Part shown: positions 1-13,908 of the stretch, piece by piece
Numbering within the stretch: position 1 is the stretch's first letter
Layout: every line of letters begins with the position of its first letter
NCBI GenBank assembly: GCA_964016885.1
Contig: OZ024758.1
Span: 29,450,001-29,514,000 of the forward strand
Source: Eledone cirrhosa
Taxonomy: Eukaryota
DNA: 64,000 nt
Direction: 5' to 3'
Made by a program: the position numbers and the translations under genes
The notes under the pieces: model-generated
Seen by the model: the letters and a program-made list of their open reading frames with translations, nothing else
Told to the model about the DNA's origin: nothing
Databases searched by the model: none

Positions 1-153
1 GTATATGTATATGTATATATATATATGTCTATGTATATATATATATATATATGTATATGTATATATATATATATGTATATGTATATATGTATATGTATAT
101 GTATATATATATGTAATATATATGTATATATATATGTATATATATATGTATAT
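1..153. repeat. (TA)n/(TATG)n microsatellite
   Basis: Direct reading of the sequence. Confidence 0.95.
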
Positions 154-687
154 GTTATCTACAAAGTATTAGTTATGCAGACATTCAATATTTCAATGTT
201 ATTATCTACGAGGGAGTGGTTTTTTAATAGCAGTGAGAATTGTTGGTGGCAGTGAGCAATTAGATTCCCATCCGTTGTTTTGACATTTTTATAGAATATA
301 TTGTTTGTCGTTGGTTATCTTTCTAAATCTATAGAAGGATTAGAGATAGTATAGATATGCATGGTTGGTTTTGTGTTTGCACTTAATTAACATTCAGACT
401 TAAATTTTTCTTTCAAGTGTACGTATCCTTTCGCCCACGCATTTACACACAAACGTATATGTACACCTCTACAAAATACATATACTCACATACACATACT
501 TACATGCTCATACTTACATACATATATACATGCACATGTATATATACATATATATACATATATATACATATATATATATGTACATACATACATACGCATT
601 CATGTGTATACATTTTCATACTCAACTTATCTTTATATACACACCTATAGACACACACATATATACATACATACTCCTGTCTATGTG

Positions 688-724
<37 letters not shown>

Positions 725-1154
725 AAACACTTTAATACATGAATACACATCATCTAACTATACACATCAAACATATATATATATATTTTTTACTTATTTA
801 TATACATTTTCACATATATATACATACATATGGTCGCTTTTAGACACATTGATTATAGCATGTTAGCACCTATTCTCATCAGCATATCTATTCATTGTTA
901 GTGTGGTAATTTAAGGTTATTAATATACATTTATATGTTGAGAAGAGATTGTTTTTATATTTTTCTAACTAGATTGAGGTTTATATAGTTGGGGGGATGT
1001 CCCTCTTTTATGTAATATTCAGCTTGTAGTGGAGCCAAAATTTCTGCAAATTGTGTAATCTTGAGATTTATTACATAATCACACACAAGAAGAAATTGCT
1101 TATTAACAGAATTGAACGAACATTATTCTGCCGTCACCGAATTAAAACCCTTTT

Positions 1155-1157
1155 ATG

Positions 1158-1193
<36 letters not shown>

Positions 1194-1353
1194 TATATAT
1201 ATATATATGTATGTATATGTATATATATATATATGTATATATGTGTATGTATATATATATATGTATGTATATATATATATGTATGTATATATATATATAT
1301 GTATGTATATATATATATGTATATGTATGTATATATACATATGTATATGTATG

Positions 1354-1386
<33 letters not shown>

Positions 1387-1559
1387 GTATATATATATGT
1401 ATATATATGTATATATATATATATGTATATATATGTATATATATGTATATGTATATATATATATGTATATATATGTATGTATATGTATATATATGTATGT
1501 ATATGTATGTATATATATGTATATGTATGTATATGTATATATGTATATGTATGTATATG

Positions 1560-1595
<36 letters not shown>

Positions 1596-1950
1596 TGTAT
1601 ATATATGTATATGTATATATATGTATATGTATATATATGTATATGTATGTATATGTATATATATGTATATGTATGTATATGTATATATATGTATATGTAT
1701 ATATATGTATATGTATATATATGTATATGTATATATATGTATATGTATATATATGTATATGTATATATATGTATATGTATATATATGTATATGTATATAT
1801 ATGTATATGTATATATATGTATATATATGTATATGTATATATATGTATATATATGTATATGTATGTATATATATGTATATGTATATATATGTATATATAT
1901 GTATATATATATATGTATATGTATATATATGTATATATATGTATATATAT
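1155..1950. repeat. Compound (TA)n/(TATATG)n microsatellite, ~0.8 kb
   Basis: Direct reading; source of the Y/I/M/C-rich ORFs. Confidence 0.95.
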
Positions 1951-2592
1951 AGGTTTGGATTCTTCGGAGCAATTGATTAATGAATGGACAGTTATATGAC
2001 TTCCTTATGTGAGGGGCATATAATCGAAGAATACACTCCCCTGACCATGAAAATGTCGAAGTACATGAAGTACTTGTCATCCCTTCGCTGTGCATCTCCA
2101 ATACTTTTAACACTTTTAATGCTTGCACTATTTTTAATGCTTATATCTTTTCTCCACACACAGACTATAACAATCATATAAAGAATTTCCCACCAGATCA
2201 ACCAACCTAACACTCTTGTTTACCTACCTAAGTGCTCCTACCACACATATCTCTCTGCCACACTATATAAACAAGAAGCACGTGCTTGCCACATATAACA
2301 TTTGCACTATATAACCTCTTATCTTCATGTTGTATTTTAACCTGTATTTTTGATTTTTGATTGTACCTTTTATTATGAATGTAATCTCGAAGTGTGTACT
2401 GCCACTCTAAATTCTGTAATGAATGTTGACCCAGAATATTTGCATATGTATCGGTATGTCTCTTGGCTGAAAAGGAGGTCATATAACTGTCCATTCATTA
2501 ATAAATTGCTCCGAAGAATCCAAACCTCGGTTTGGAGGAAACAGCTGTAAGCACAATAATGTTTTGAACAGTTCTTTGATTCTTATATTTCA
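1951..2592 (+). mobile_element. Penelope-like terminal-repeat (pLTR-like) unit with inverted partial copy, between (TA)n tracts
   Basis: 1951-2006 is the reverse complement of 2472-2527 (56 bp, 2 mismatches); hammerhead motif at 2507-2553; (TA)n on both sides. Confidence 0.65.
2507..2553 (+). ncRNA. Minimal type I hammerhead ribozyme motif, core variant CCGAAGA
   Basis: TGCT-CCGAAGA-A-TCCAAACC(TC)GGTTTGGA-G-GAAA-CAGCTG-TA-AGCA: stem I TGCT/AGCA, 8-bp stem II, palindromic stem III, GUA triplet. Confidence 0.7.
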
Positions 2593-3560
<968 letters not shown>

Positions 3561-3981
3561 TGATTGCCCCCTATCCGGGAAATGACTCTCTAGTAACATT
3601 GTCTACAAATGTAAGGTTGAAACACCCACCTCCTGTAGGGCCTACATAGGGTTAACCGCCAATAGATTCAAGCAGCGTCTTTACATGCATACCAATTCTT
3701 TTCGTTACCCTCTAAGAAGGAATATGACGTCACTTTCAGCTTATATCTGGAGTCTAAAAGACAACCACACCCAATATAAGTTACACTGGGAGATCCTAGC
3801 TAGGGCTAGTTCGTATAATGGAAATAAAAGACCATGTGACCTCTGCGCCGCTGAGGCCCTGGAAATACACTACGCCACAGACTACATCTTAAACAAAAAA
3901 TCTGAGGCTATTTCGTCTTGTAAACATAAATTGCACAAAACTTTCCCGTATTACAGCCCCACATTATACCCTAACGGATAG
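3561..3981 (+). pseudogene. Penelope-like element (Neptune/Nematis-type) GIY-YIG endonuclease fragment
   Basis: Translates as CPLSGK*LSSNIVYKC..RAYIGLTANRFKQRLYMHTNSF..TSLSAYIWSLK..WEIL..CDLC..E..ILNKKSEAISSCKH; one in-frame stop. Confidence 0.85.
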
Positions 3982-4320
3982 TACGATCTATACGTGGATA
4001 TTTTACGTCTTGATATGGTAGCTAAGTATATGTTTTGTTTATACCATTACTCATTTGGATAGGTAAGTATTATTACCTGTTTGTTTTGTGAAGGTACGTA
4101 TACTTTCTCGTACGTATATTTGATTGTATATGTTATGTCGTATATATTATATATTCTGGTTCATATGCTTTGGTTATGTGTATACGGGAGTTTTGCGTCT
4201 GTGTGAGTATGCTGGTTCGTACGTATGTAGGGTGTGTGTATATGTGTACTTCATGTTTTGGTTGACTTACGTCTCCGAACATTTGTGTATTTACATGTAG
4301 GTATGTGTGTGCGCTTGTTA

Positions 4321-4378
4321 CTCTTTTACTCTTTTACCTGTTTCAGCCATCCGGCTGAGGCCATGCTGGGGCACCGCC
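4321..4378 (-). mobile_element. Retroposon 3' tail fragment (GGCGGTGCCCCAGCATGGCC...GCTGAAACAGGTAAAAGAG)
   Basis: Same sequence on + at 30180-30227; short repeated TAAAAGAG tail. Confidence 0.6.
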
Positions 4379-4981
4379 CTTGTTATATACGTATTTATTT
4401 ATTTATATACGTTTATTTAATTATTTATTTATTTGTATTCACGCATACACACACACACATATTTATATGTGCGTGGTTTTGTATACCTATGGTAAGTGTT
4501 TTCGCGTATGCTTGTGTATGTACGTATTTGTATGCGTGTATGTATTTATTTAATTTCTATTACTTCTGTATTGTATTTATTTACTTTGTTCTTAACTCTG
4601 AAGCGGAGATTCATTCGGTCTCCTAGTTAAAATTTTAGTCTACCACTTCTGCTATACCATTTACCTGGTTTTGTCTTTGCGTGCAATTGTTCTCCACGCA
4701 CCACATATGACGTATTATCTTCGTTTTTTTCGTTCATTGCCAGAGAACGTCTCTATGCACCACCTAAGAGAACATTCGTCCACGACCTCTTTTATACCAT
4801 AAACGTGGTTCTGTCTTTGCGCGTCATTGTTTTTCACCGCTCCTATTAATGACGTATTATTCGTTTTTTCCCGTTCTTTGCCAGCGAACGTTTCCACGAA
4901 CCAAAGTATCGTCTTCCTGTCTTCCTCCGGTTGCAACGTTTTTTGAAATATCCGCTTCTGCGTTTACAGATTGACTTTGTT

Positions 4982-5032
4982 AGTTTCAGAAGATCCTGTT
5001 AAGGGTGAAAGCAGCGATTCTTTGCTTAAACT
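4982..5032 (+). ncRNA. Type I hammerhead-like motif, core variant CAGAAGA (copies at 29135-29185, truncated at 30105-30172, inverted partial at 5185-5231)
   Basis: AGTTT-CAGAAGA-T-CCY(GTTAA)GGG-T-GAAA-GCA(GCGATTCTT)TGC-TT-AAACT: stem I AGTTT/AAACT, stem III AGCA/TGCT, CUU triplet; each copy ends in (TA)n. Confidence 0.6.
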
Positions 5033-5239
5033 TTAATCTGTTATTTTAATAAATATATAATATATATATAATATATATATATATTATATATATATATATT
5101 ATATATATATAATATATATATAATATATATATATATAATATATATATATATAATATATATATATATTATATATATATTATATATTTATTAAAATAACAGA
5201 TTAAAGTTTAAGCAAAGAATCGCTGCTTTCATATATATA

Positions 5240-7670
5240 AACTTTGCCTGAAGGCGACATATGAAATCTGTGGCTGGAGCAGGCCTATAGACAGGAGGAG
5301 AGTAACTTGGTTGTGGAACAGTAAGGCGGAGGAGACAATCAAGGCCAAAAAACAGGCTTGGAAAGTATGGTGGGATGGGAGAAGTAGAGAAGACTATCAA
5401 TTGGCCAGGAGGGAAGTTAGGAGACAAGTGTACTTAGCAAGAAGGGAAGCAGAGGAAAGAAAGTTCAAGCATGTTCTACAACGCGAGGACCAAAAACGTG
5501 AGGTGTTCAGGATTGCTAGGCAATGTGTCAAGGAAAACCGTGATATTGTCGGGGAGAAGTGTGTCCTTAATGATGATGGCGTACTTGCCATCACTGACGC
5601 TGATAAGAAGGTCGCTTGGAAGTGTCACTACGAAAGGCTACTAAATGAGGAGAATAAATGGGAGAAAGACAGTTTCCTCCATATCGATCCAATAGAGGGA
5701 CCAGCAGTGCAAGTTGAAGGTAGTATAATAATTAAGGCGATCAAAGATATGAAGACAGGCAAGGCGGCTGGACCTTCGGAAATAGTTGCTGAAATGCTGA
5801 AAGCATCTGGAACGGTAGAACACACTATGGTCACCCGGATAGTAAACCACGTCATACAGAATGGGGTCGTTCCGAAGGACTGGCGTAGCAGCATCATCAT
5901 TAACTGCTACAAGGGTAAAGGAGATGCGTTAGATAGGGGAAACTATAGAGGCATTAAATTAATTGACCAGGTCATGAAGGTCACAGAAAAAGTAATAGCG
6001 CAACTAATCAGAGAGCGAATTGATCTAGATGAAATGTAGTTTGGGTTTGTGTCAGGTAAAAGTACCACAGACGCTCTTTTCATTGTACGACAACTACAGG
6101 AGAAGTGCCTAGCTAAAAGTAAACCCCTATACTTAGCTTTTGTTGACTTGGAGAAAGCCTTTGACAGAGTCCCACGCCCCATTATATGGTGGGCTCTCAG
6201 AAAACTAGGTGTTGATGAATGGCTTGTGAGAGCTATACAAGCCATGTATAAAGAAACAGTCAGCAAGGTTTGAATTAACAACGAATATAGTGAAGAGTTT
6301 AGCGTAAAAGTTGGTGTTCATCAGGGCTCCGTCCTTAGCCCCCTCCTATTTATTATTGCCCTTCAGGCTATAACAGTGGAGTTCAAGACCGGCTGCCCAT
6401 TGGAACTCCTATACGCAGATGATCTAACGCTCATAGCTGAATCAATGGCTGAACTAGAGAAGAAATTCCAAACATGGAAGTATGGCCTAGAATCAAAAGG
6501 CCTTAAAATTAACTTATCTAAGACTAAAGTTCTAGTATGTAGGAAGGAAAATAGGGCAGTGGTCCCATCTGAGAAATGGCCATGCTCAGTGTGTAGGAAA
6601 GGAGTAGGCAGAAACTCCATTTTATGTCCCAAATGCAAAGTATGGGTGCATAAAAGATGTATTGGGATCACAGGTAAGCTAACTAAGAATATAGATTTTA
6701 TATGTGGCCGGTGCTCAGGTGCAATAAGTAGCAAGTGCCCACAGAATACTAGCTCATTCCATTGCACAGATGGTTCTATAGAAATAGTGGACACCTTCCG
6801 TTACCTGGGTGACAAAATCAGCAGTGGGGGAGGGTGCTCTGAAAGTACAGTAGCTAGAGTCAGAACGGGATGGAAAAAGTTCAGAGAGCTTATACCACTA
6901 TTGGCCGCTAAAGGGTTCTCTCTAAAAATGAAAGGCAGGTTATACGATGCCTGCATACGAACAGCGATGTTACATGGCAGTGAGACCTGGGCATTGTGTG
7001 CAGAGGATATACGCAGACATCCTCTACGCGAACAGCAAAGCATAAATGAACTAAGGGAGAAATTAGAAATAAGAGGGATTAGATGTTGTTTACTCGAGAG
7101 AAGACTACGTTGGTATGGTCACGTGATGCGCATGAAAGACGACAGCTGGATAAAAAAGTGCAGGGCGATAAAAATAGACGATAGCCACGGAGTAGGGAGA
7201 CCCAGAAAAACCTGAGACGACTTGATAAATTCCGACCTCACACACTTACACCTCTCCAAGACAACGTCACTGGACCGAGATCTTTGGCGCTACACAGTAA
7301 TACAGAAGACCCGCCTTGCCTAAGTACAAAGCGAAACCTACAGTCAGTTTCTTAACAAAAAAATACACCCCTCCTTCGATGTAAAGTTATGTTGGTGCCA
7401 CAGCATCCAGTCCTAAACAAATGAGGTCGTGTAGGTGTCACAAAAAAAAACACACAGTCCACGCTGTAATGTGGCCGTGTAGGTAACACGGTAAAAACCT
7501 CCCAGTCCACACTGTAAACGTGGTTGGTGTTGGGAAGGGCATCCAGCCGTAGAAAACCCGCCAGACAGTCCTATGCGAGCAAGACAACTAATCTTGCCCC
7601 AAGTGGGAAAACTCCCGTCCAAACCCATGCTAGCGTGGAAGATTGTCGTTAAACGATGATGATGATGATG
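5240..7670 (+). mobile_element. 5'-truncated RTE-clade LINE (RT with PHD-like Cys/His insert), with stops
   Basis: ORF pieces 5311-6039, 6049-6273, 6376-7215: GKAAGP, NYRGIKL, STTDALF, FVDLEKAFDRV, GVHQGSVLSP, LLYADD, FRYLG, RRLRWYGH, GRPRKT; 3' UTR ends in (GAT)n at ~7654-7670. Confidence 0.92.
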
Positions 7671-7719
7671 GCTTCAGTTGGGTCAGTTTGGGTTCTGTTG
7701 GTTCAACGTGCAGTTTACT

Positions 7720-7945
7720 TTGATTGGGGACTTCCGATCATAATGCTGTAGGTTCGATTCCTGGACTGGGTCTCGTGTTGTGTTCTTGAGCAAACCACTT
7801 CATTTCACGTTGCTCCAGTATACTCAGCTGAAAAGAAGTACCAACAATAGCTGGGGGTTAACCCTGCTATGGACTGGCGTCATGTCCACGTGGGGTGTTG
7901 TACTCTCAGTCTCGGGATAAGCACCGGCCTGGTGAGTCTCCGTGC
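7720..7945 (+). mobile_element. tRNA-derived SINE with Meta-like central domain
   Basis: B-box GGTTCGATTCC, then TTGTGTTCTTGAGCAA, AACCCTGCTATGGACTGGCGTC and GGGATAAGCACCGGCC. Confidence 0.7.
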
Positions 7946-7963
7946 TAAAGAAATACTTTAGAT

Positions 7964-8289
7964 TAGAGGTTCTCAAACGTTTTGGTCCACCCCTCGCGGC
8001 CATGTAAAATCCTCAGTGCACCCCAACCCTATTTCCAGAGAGACCTGTCTACACACAAATTGTAAATAATATATAATAAATAAAATTGTTGATTTATATA
8101 TAATAAATAATATAATATATACTATGTATAAATAAATATTATGTATTTTTTATTTTACTATATTTATATATATATATATCATTTGACATTTAATATATTA
8201 TTATATTATCTCTACCTCTTCCACCCAGCGACCCCTGGACCTTCTCAATGCCCCCCGAGAGTCAGTAACGCCCACTTTGAGAATCTCTG
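7964..8289. mobile_element. hAT (Charlie-like) MITE
   Basis: TIRs TAGAGGTTCTCAAA / TTTGAGAATCTCTG; 8-bp TSD CTTTAGAT (7956-7963) / CTTTAGAC (8290-8297). Confidence 0.8.
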
Positions 8290-8505
8290 CTTTAGACTTT
8301 AATGTTCCAACTTATATTGTGTTACGAAATTTGTTTATAAGATATAGAATATTAACTTCTATACAATTGGACTAAGGGTTAAGTCAAGTTGTTCACATCA
8401 AGTTATGTTATGGCATGTTTGTATTAGGAGAGGGAAGTGAGGAGAGAATAGGAAAAATAAGGCGGGCAAGTGTGTGTGTGTATATGTGTGTACGCATGTA
8501 TGTGA

Positions 8506-8547
<42 letters not shown>

Positions 8548-8556
8548 ATGTATGTG

Positions 8557-9100
8557 TCAGGTCGCTCTTCAGCGCTACTGGTAATATAAAACCCAGTGCA
8601 GCTTGTGCATGGTCGCGTCGTTGATGAATAAAACAGCCAAGCTTGTGTGGTGAGGAGGGTGATTTGAGTCACTATGCGGGATGGAAAACAAAACCCATCA
8701 AAGGGCGGAAGAACTCAGGAGAGTCAACGGCCATCCAATAAAGTGTTTTTTGTTGTTGTTCTTTTTCTTTTAGTGAGAGCCTCCTCGTTTTCATTAAGAC
8801 ATCTCTCTAGAAGGTCACTCTGATATAAAACCTGTAACATTGTTTGCATCCAATGATGTAGACCAGTTCTTCTTTTTGGGTAAATGCATTCGATGTTGAG
8901 AGAGTGGGAATGGCTCCGTGCAAAGCCTTTCCTCACTTAATAAAAGCTTCGAGCACAGGCATCGCTTGATATGTGACATTTATTTCCGATGCATGACATT
9001 GCTGGCCATAGGCAAGTCCCTAACAGGACTAAAAAGCCGCGTCTGTGATGCTCAAGTTTAAGTATCAAGCGATGGCATTACACGAAATCGAGTTGCAGCC

Positions 9101-9103
<3 letters not shown>
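8557..9103 (+). mobile_element. Non-autonomous RTE-derived bipartite retroposon, copy A (other copies 9181-9685, 19545-19730, 20063-20527, 24853-25449, 46103-46263, and 48510-48792 on -)
   Basis: Shared 5' block (TGGTCGGGTCG..GGTGAGGAGGGTGA..AAGGAAAACTCTGATATA); 3' end GCGATGGC..CGAGTT(N)GCAGCCAT matches the RTE LINE end at 46493-46510; tails (TG)n or (TATG)n; no ORF. Confidence 0.7.
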
Positions 9104-9164
<61 letters not shown>

Positions 9165-9925
9165 TGTGTGTGTGTGTGTGTCAGATCGCTCTCGAGTGCT
9201 ACTGGTAACATGTTACCCAGTACAACCTGTCTTATGGTCGGGTCGTGAGCGACTAAACCAGCAACCCCGTAAAGCTTGCTTGGTGAGGAGGGTGATATTG
9301 GACACCCTGCAGGATGAAATACAAGACCCGGCGAAGGGCGGAAGAACTCAACAGAGTCAACGGCCATTCAAATAGTACTTTTTTTTCACCTGGGAGTGAA
9401 AAGCCCCCAGTTGTTGTCACAACACCTTTCTAGGAGAGGGAAACTCTGAAAAAAAAAAACCTGCGACTTCGGAAGCATCCGATGATGTTGACCAGTTCTC
9501 CTTTTCAGGTAGTGTTTTCGATGCTCAGAGAGTGGGATTGGTCGAGTGCAAGGCCTTCCTCACTTAAAAAACCTTCAAAGCACAGGCATTGCTTGTTCAG
9601 GACCTGTTACAGGTTTGTGTGGCTGGCCGTAGCCTAAAAGTGCACCAAACTCTGTAATCTGACAAGCGGTTGCAAACCATGATGTTTGTATGTGTGTATG
9701 TGCATGCGTGTGTATGTATGTGTGTGTGTGTGTATGTATGTGTGTGCGCGCGCGTGTGTGTGTGTGCGTGCATGCATGTATGTATGTATGCATGTATGTG
9801 TACAACGTGTGGATAGTCATTGTGAATGTGTGTGTGTGTGTGTGTGTGTGTGTACAACATCTGGATAGCCAATATCTGTATGTGACAATTCTAAATAATC
9901 AATTACTGTCTGGTTTACAAGTTAT

Positions 9926-9927
<2 letters not shown>

Positions 9928-10018
<91 letters not shown>

Positions 10019-10142
10019 AAATGAAGTTTATTTTGTTTTCAGGAATGAAATTGAAATTATAAACACTTATGGAGTGTGATTGGAAAGAATAGCTTTTCTT
10101 TCTGCTTACTGTCATGGGTTTTAGTATAAATAAATACATGAC

Positions 10143-10205
<63 letters not shown>

Positions 10206-10582
10206 GAGATGAATAAATTGGCTATGAGACCCGTTTATTACCAAACGCCAAAAAGCTCAATGTATTAACCACTTATGGAAGAACATACACGCTCACGCAC
10301 ACCTACACACTCACGCACACATACACACGCACGCACACACACACACACTCACACACACACATATATGCGTACACAAACACATGAAAACAAATATACACAT
10401 ATAAAGTTTCAATCATACAAACATATAGCGTGTATGTGTGTGTGCGCGCGTGAGTTTGTGTGTGTGCGCGCGTGAGTTTGTGTGTGTGTGTGCGTGTGTG
10501 CGCGTGAGTTTGTGTGTGTGTGTGCGTGCGCGTGAGTTTGTGTGTGTGTGTGTGTCTGTGTGTGTGTGTGTGCGCGTGAGTT

Positions 10583-10613
<31 letters not shown>

Positions 10614-10650
10614 TGCGCGTGAGTTTGTGTGAGTGTGTATGTGTGTGTGT
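9928..10650. repeat. (GA)n, (TG)n, (CA)n and (TGTGCGCGTGAGTT)-type compound microsatellites
   Basis: Direct reading. Confidence 0.9.
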
Positions 10651-10965
10651 GATGAAGTTATATAAAAAGTGAGATAAATCAAAATGTTTATGGATATTCT
10701 TTTACTCCTAAGCCAAGAGACTTTACAATATCACAGTTTATGTCGAAATTCACGGAGATAATTAAAAAATAAAAATAATAAAAATAAATAAATACAATAA
10801 AAAAAAATAAAAATAAATAAATACAATAAAATAAAGAGTCAAATCTGTGGACAGCTCCTACAGACTTTCTACTGTTGAATCAATTGGATCAAGTGGAATA
10901 TTGACCGGAGAGTTATTTTGTATTGATTAACTATAACCAGTCTAAATCGGCAAAAGGTTTGAGAA

Positions 10966-11500
10966 TTCTTCTTCTTCTTCTTCTTCTTCTTTTTCTTCTT
11001 CTTCTTCTTCTTCTTCTTCTTCTTCTTCTTCTTCTTCTTCTTCTTTTCCTTCTTTTTCTTCTTCTTTTTCTTCTTTTCTTCTTTTCTTCTTTTTCTTCTT
11101 TTTCTTCTTTTTCTTCTTTTTCTTCTTCTTTTTCTTCTTTTTCTTCTTTTCTTCTTCTTTTTCTTCTTTTTCTTCTTCTTTTTCTTCTTCTTTTTCTTCT
11201 TCTTTTTCTTCTTTTTCTTCTTTTTCTTCTTTTTCTTCTTTTTCTTCTTTTTCTTCTTTTTCTTCTTTTTCTTCTTTTTCTTCTTCTTCTCGAGAGGGGC
11301 TTGGCGGCAGAGCCCTCAAACACTCTCTCCAGCGGGTCCTGTCAGAAGCAACCATCCCCAAGTGATCCGGCTGGATCCCCAAGAGTGACCAGCCAAGCTC
11401 ATAGATGCTATCCAACCATCTTGCTCAGAGTCTACCCCTGTGTCCCTTACCTGTTGGTTTTGCCCATAAAATCTGTCCAGCAATTCTTTATCAATTACAA
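10966..11500 (-). mobile_element. RTE LINE 3' end with an expanded (GAA)/(GAAAAA) tail
   Basis: Minus strand reads RIAGQILWAKPTGKGHRGRL*ARWLDSIYELGWSLLGIQPDHLGMVASDRTRWRECLRALPPSP, directly followed by a ~320-bp purine tract. Confidence 0.75.
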
Positions 11501-11585
11501 AAAACTATGTTAGCTCCTTTATTTTATACTTTGTTTTTCTCTTCGTTTATTTGTCAGAACTCTGTTTCTCTCATAACAGGATATA

Positions 11586-11787
11586 CAATGCTGGCTTTAC
11601 CATTGTGCTTAGCTGTGCTTAAACACAGGGCCCCATTGGCTAGTGGGGAGGGGGGAATCTTCCTGCCCCCAAAATTTGTTCGATGAATTTTTCAAATGTT
11701 TTACCGGGCTTACCTCCTTCAGGGCCCAAGTGAGGGGCCTCATAACTTAACTAGCACAGGGCGTCATTTGTCCTAAATCCAGCACTG
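11586..11787. mobile_element. hAT-type MITE, empty copy
   Basis: Ends CAATGCTGGCTTTA / TAAATCCAGCACTG; flanks AGGATATA / AGGATGGA; reverse-complement homologue of 13367-13655. Confidence 0.7.
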
Positions 11788-11823
11788 AGGATGGATATAT
11801 ATATATTATATTATATTATATTA

Positions 11824-12382
11824 CGAGGTTGACTTTGCCTTTCATCCTTACGGGGTCGATAAAATAAAGTACCAGTAATGAACTGGGTAATTGCTGGCCT
11901 TGTGCCAAGAGTAGAAACAATTATATTATATTATTTATTTATATTATTATATTTATTATTTATATTTATTATTTGTGGATTGGCAGTATCGGTAGAGGGT
12001 CGGACGCCATGCTTTGCAGCACAGTTACGTCCCTTTACGATCTGAGTTCAAATCCCGCCGAGGTTGACTTTGCCTTTCATCCTTACGGGGTCGATAAAAT
12101 AAAGTACCAGTAATGCACTGGGTATTTGCTGGCCTTGTGCCTAAAGTAGAAACAATTATTTATATTATTATATTTATTATTTATTAGGGCGGTGAATTGG
12201 CAGTATCGGTAGAGGGTCGGACGCCATACTTTGATGCATAGAGTTACGGCCCTTGCCATTCTGAGTTCAAATCCCGCCGAGGTTAACTTTGCCTTTCATC
12301 CTTACGGGGTCGATAAAATAAAGTACCAGTAATGTACTGGGTATTTGCTGGCCTTGTGCCAAAAGTAGAACCAATTATTTAT
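11824..12382 (+). mobile_element. Three tandem tRNA-derived SINEs with Deu/Nin-type domain (also 26470-26590 on -, 28590-28770 and 47836-47945 on +)
   Basis: GAGTTCAAATCC B-box; GCCTTTCATCCTTACGGGGTCGATAAAATAAAGTACCAG domain; (ATT)-rich tails. Confidence 0.85.
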
Positions 12383-12532
12383 TTATGTTCATACACGGAG
12401 CAGTGTTTCCTTTCCACATCTACGGATACCCCCCCCCCCCCCCCCCACATACACATATGGCTGACTGAATACTCACGTGCTTTTTCTACAAAAATATTTT
12501 TTCTTTCTATTTCATATTTTATTTCTCATTCT

Positions 12533-12572
12533 ATCTCCTGATGAAGGACTGACTGTCCGAAACATAAAGACC
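12533..12572 (+). ncRNA. Degenerate minimal hammerhead motif in a pLTR-like unit
   Basis: CTGATGA-A-GGAC(TGACT)GTCC-GAAA-CATA; stems I and III imperfect; unit ends in TATATA at ~12663. Confidence 0.5.
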
Positions 12573-12722
12573 TCTTTTCCTACTATATCAAGCGTTAAAC
12601 TAATGTTTCTGCATTGTACTATGTTGTTTGCTTTGTTGTTTCCGTTTACTTTTGCATATATATAGTCCCAGGTTCAATCTGGGTAGCCACCACAGTAAGG
12701 TACTCAATATATTAGTAGAGTG

Positions 12723-12874
12723 TATATAACACATTTGATATAGAAATGGCTTCTACAGGACTAAAGCTGTTTCATTCAACGGAAATCATCAGGTCAGGGA
12801 TTTCCTGATGATTTCCTTCGAATGAAACAGTTCTAGTCCTGTAGAAGCCATTTCTATATTAAATGTGTTATATA
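12723..12874. ncRNA. Inverted repeat carrying two back-to-back hammerhead cores
   Basis: + strand 12802-12846: TTC-CTGATGA-T-TTC(CTTC)GAA-T-GAAA-CAG(TTCTAGTC)CTG-TA-GAA. The minus arm (12723-12793) has the same core with different loop II/III bases. Spacer 10 bp. Confidence 0.7.
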
Positions 12875-13366
12875 TATATATATATGTGTGCGCGCGCGCA
12901 TATAATACATATAACTGTCGCAATCGAGTATGACTTGGTAGCATATACCATGTTTTCGCTAAGGGTTTTAAGTGCCTATGCAGTCACGAGTAGGCACGAA
13001 CACCCTATTGGTCTTTATAAGCTCACCCCATCGAGATTAATAATTAAAAACTATGACAATTTAGTGTAGATGTAAATATAGTTTTTAATTATAAATCTTG
13101 CCGTTAAAAGCAAAATATTGTCTTGAGGCGTTTCAAAGCTGCTTGTTTTTTCATTAGAAGATATTTAACTCTTCACTTCTTCACCTTCGATCTTAAAACC
13201 AGGTACCCTACACACTTCCGTACGCCTTACCCCGGTCAAAGGAACACACATTGTGTCCCCTATCGGCCATAATTTCTTCCAACTGTTCTGTTGAATCTAA
13301 TTTTAATTTCTGACTGGATAAAGATATTTTCTGTTCCTCCTTGTCCGTTTCTGGATGTATTCGGAG

Positions 13367-13908
<542 letters not shown>

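Noticed and set aside
5311-7215. Active autonomous LINE, or prokaryotic RT systems (retron/DGR)
   Set aside because: In-frame stops and 5' truncation; RT motifs in the window are eukaryotic non-LTR or Penelope type.
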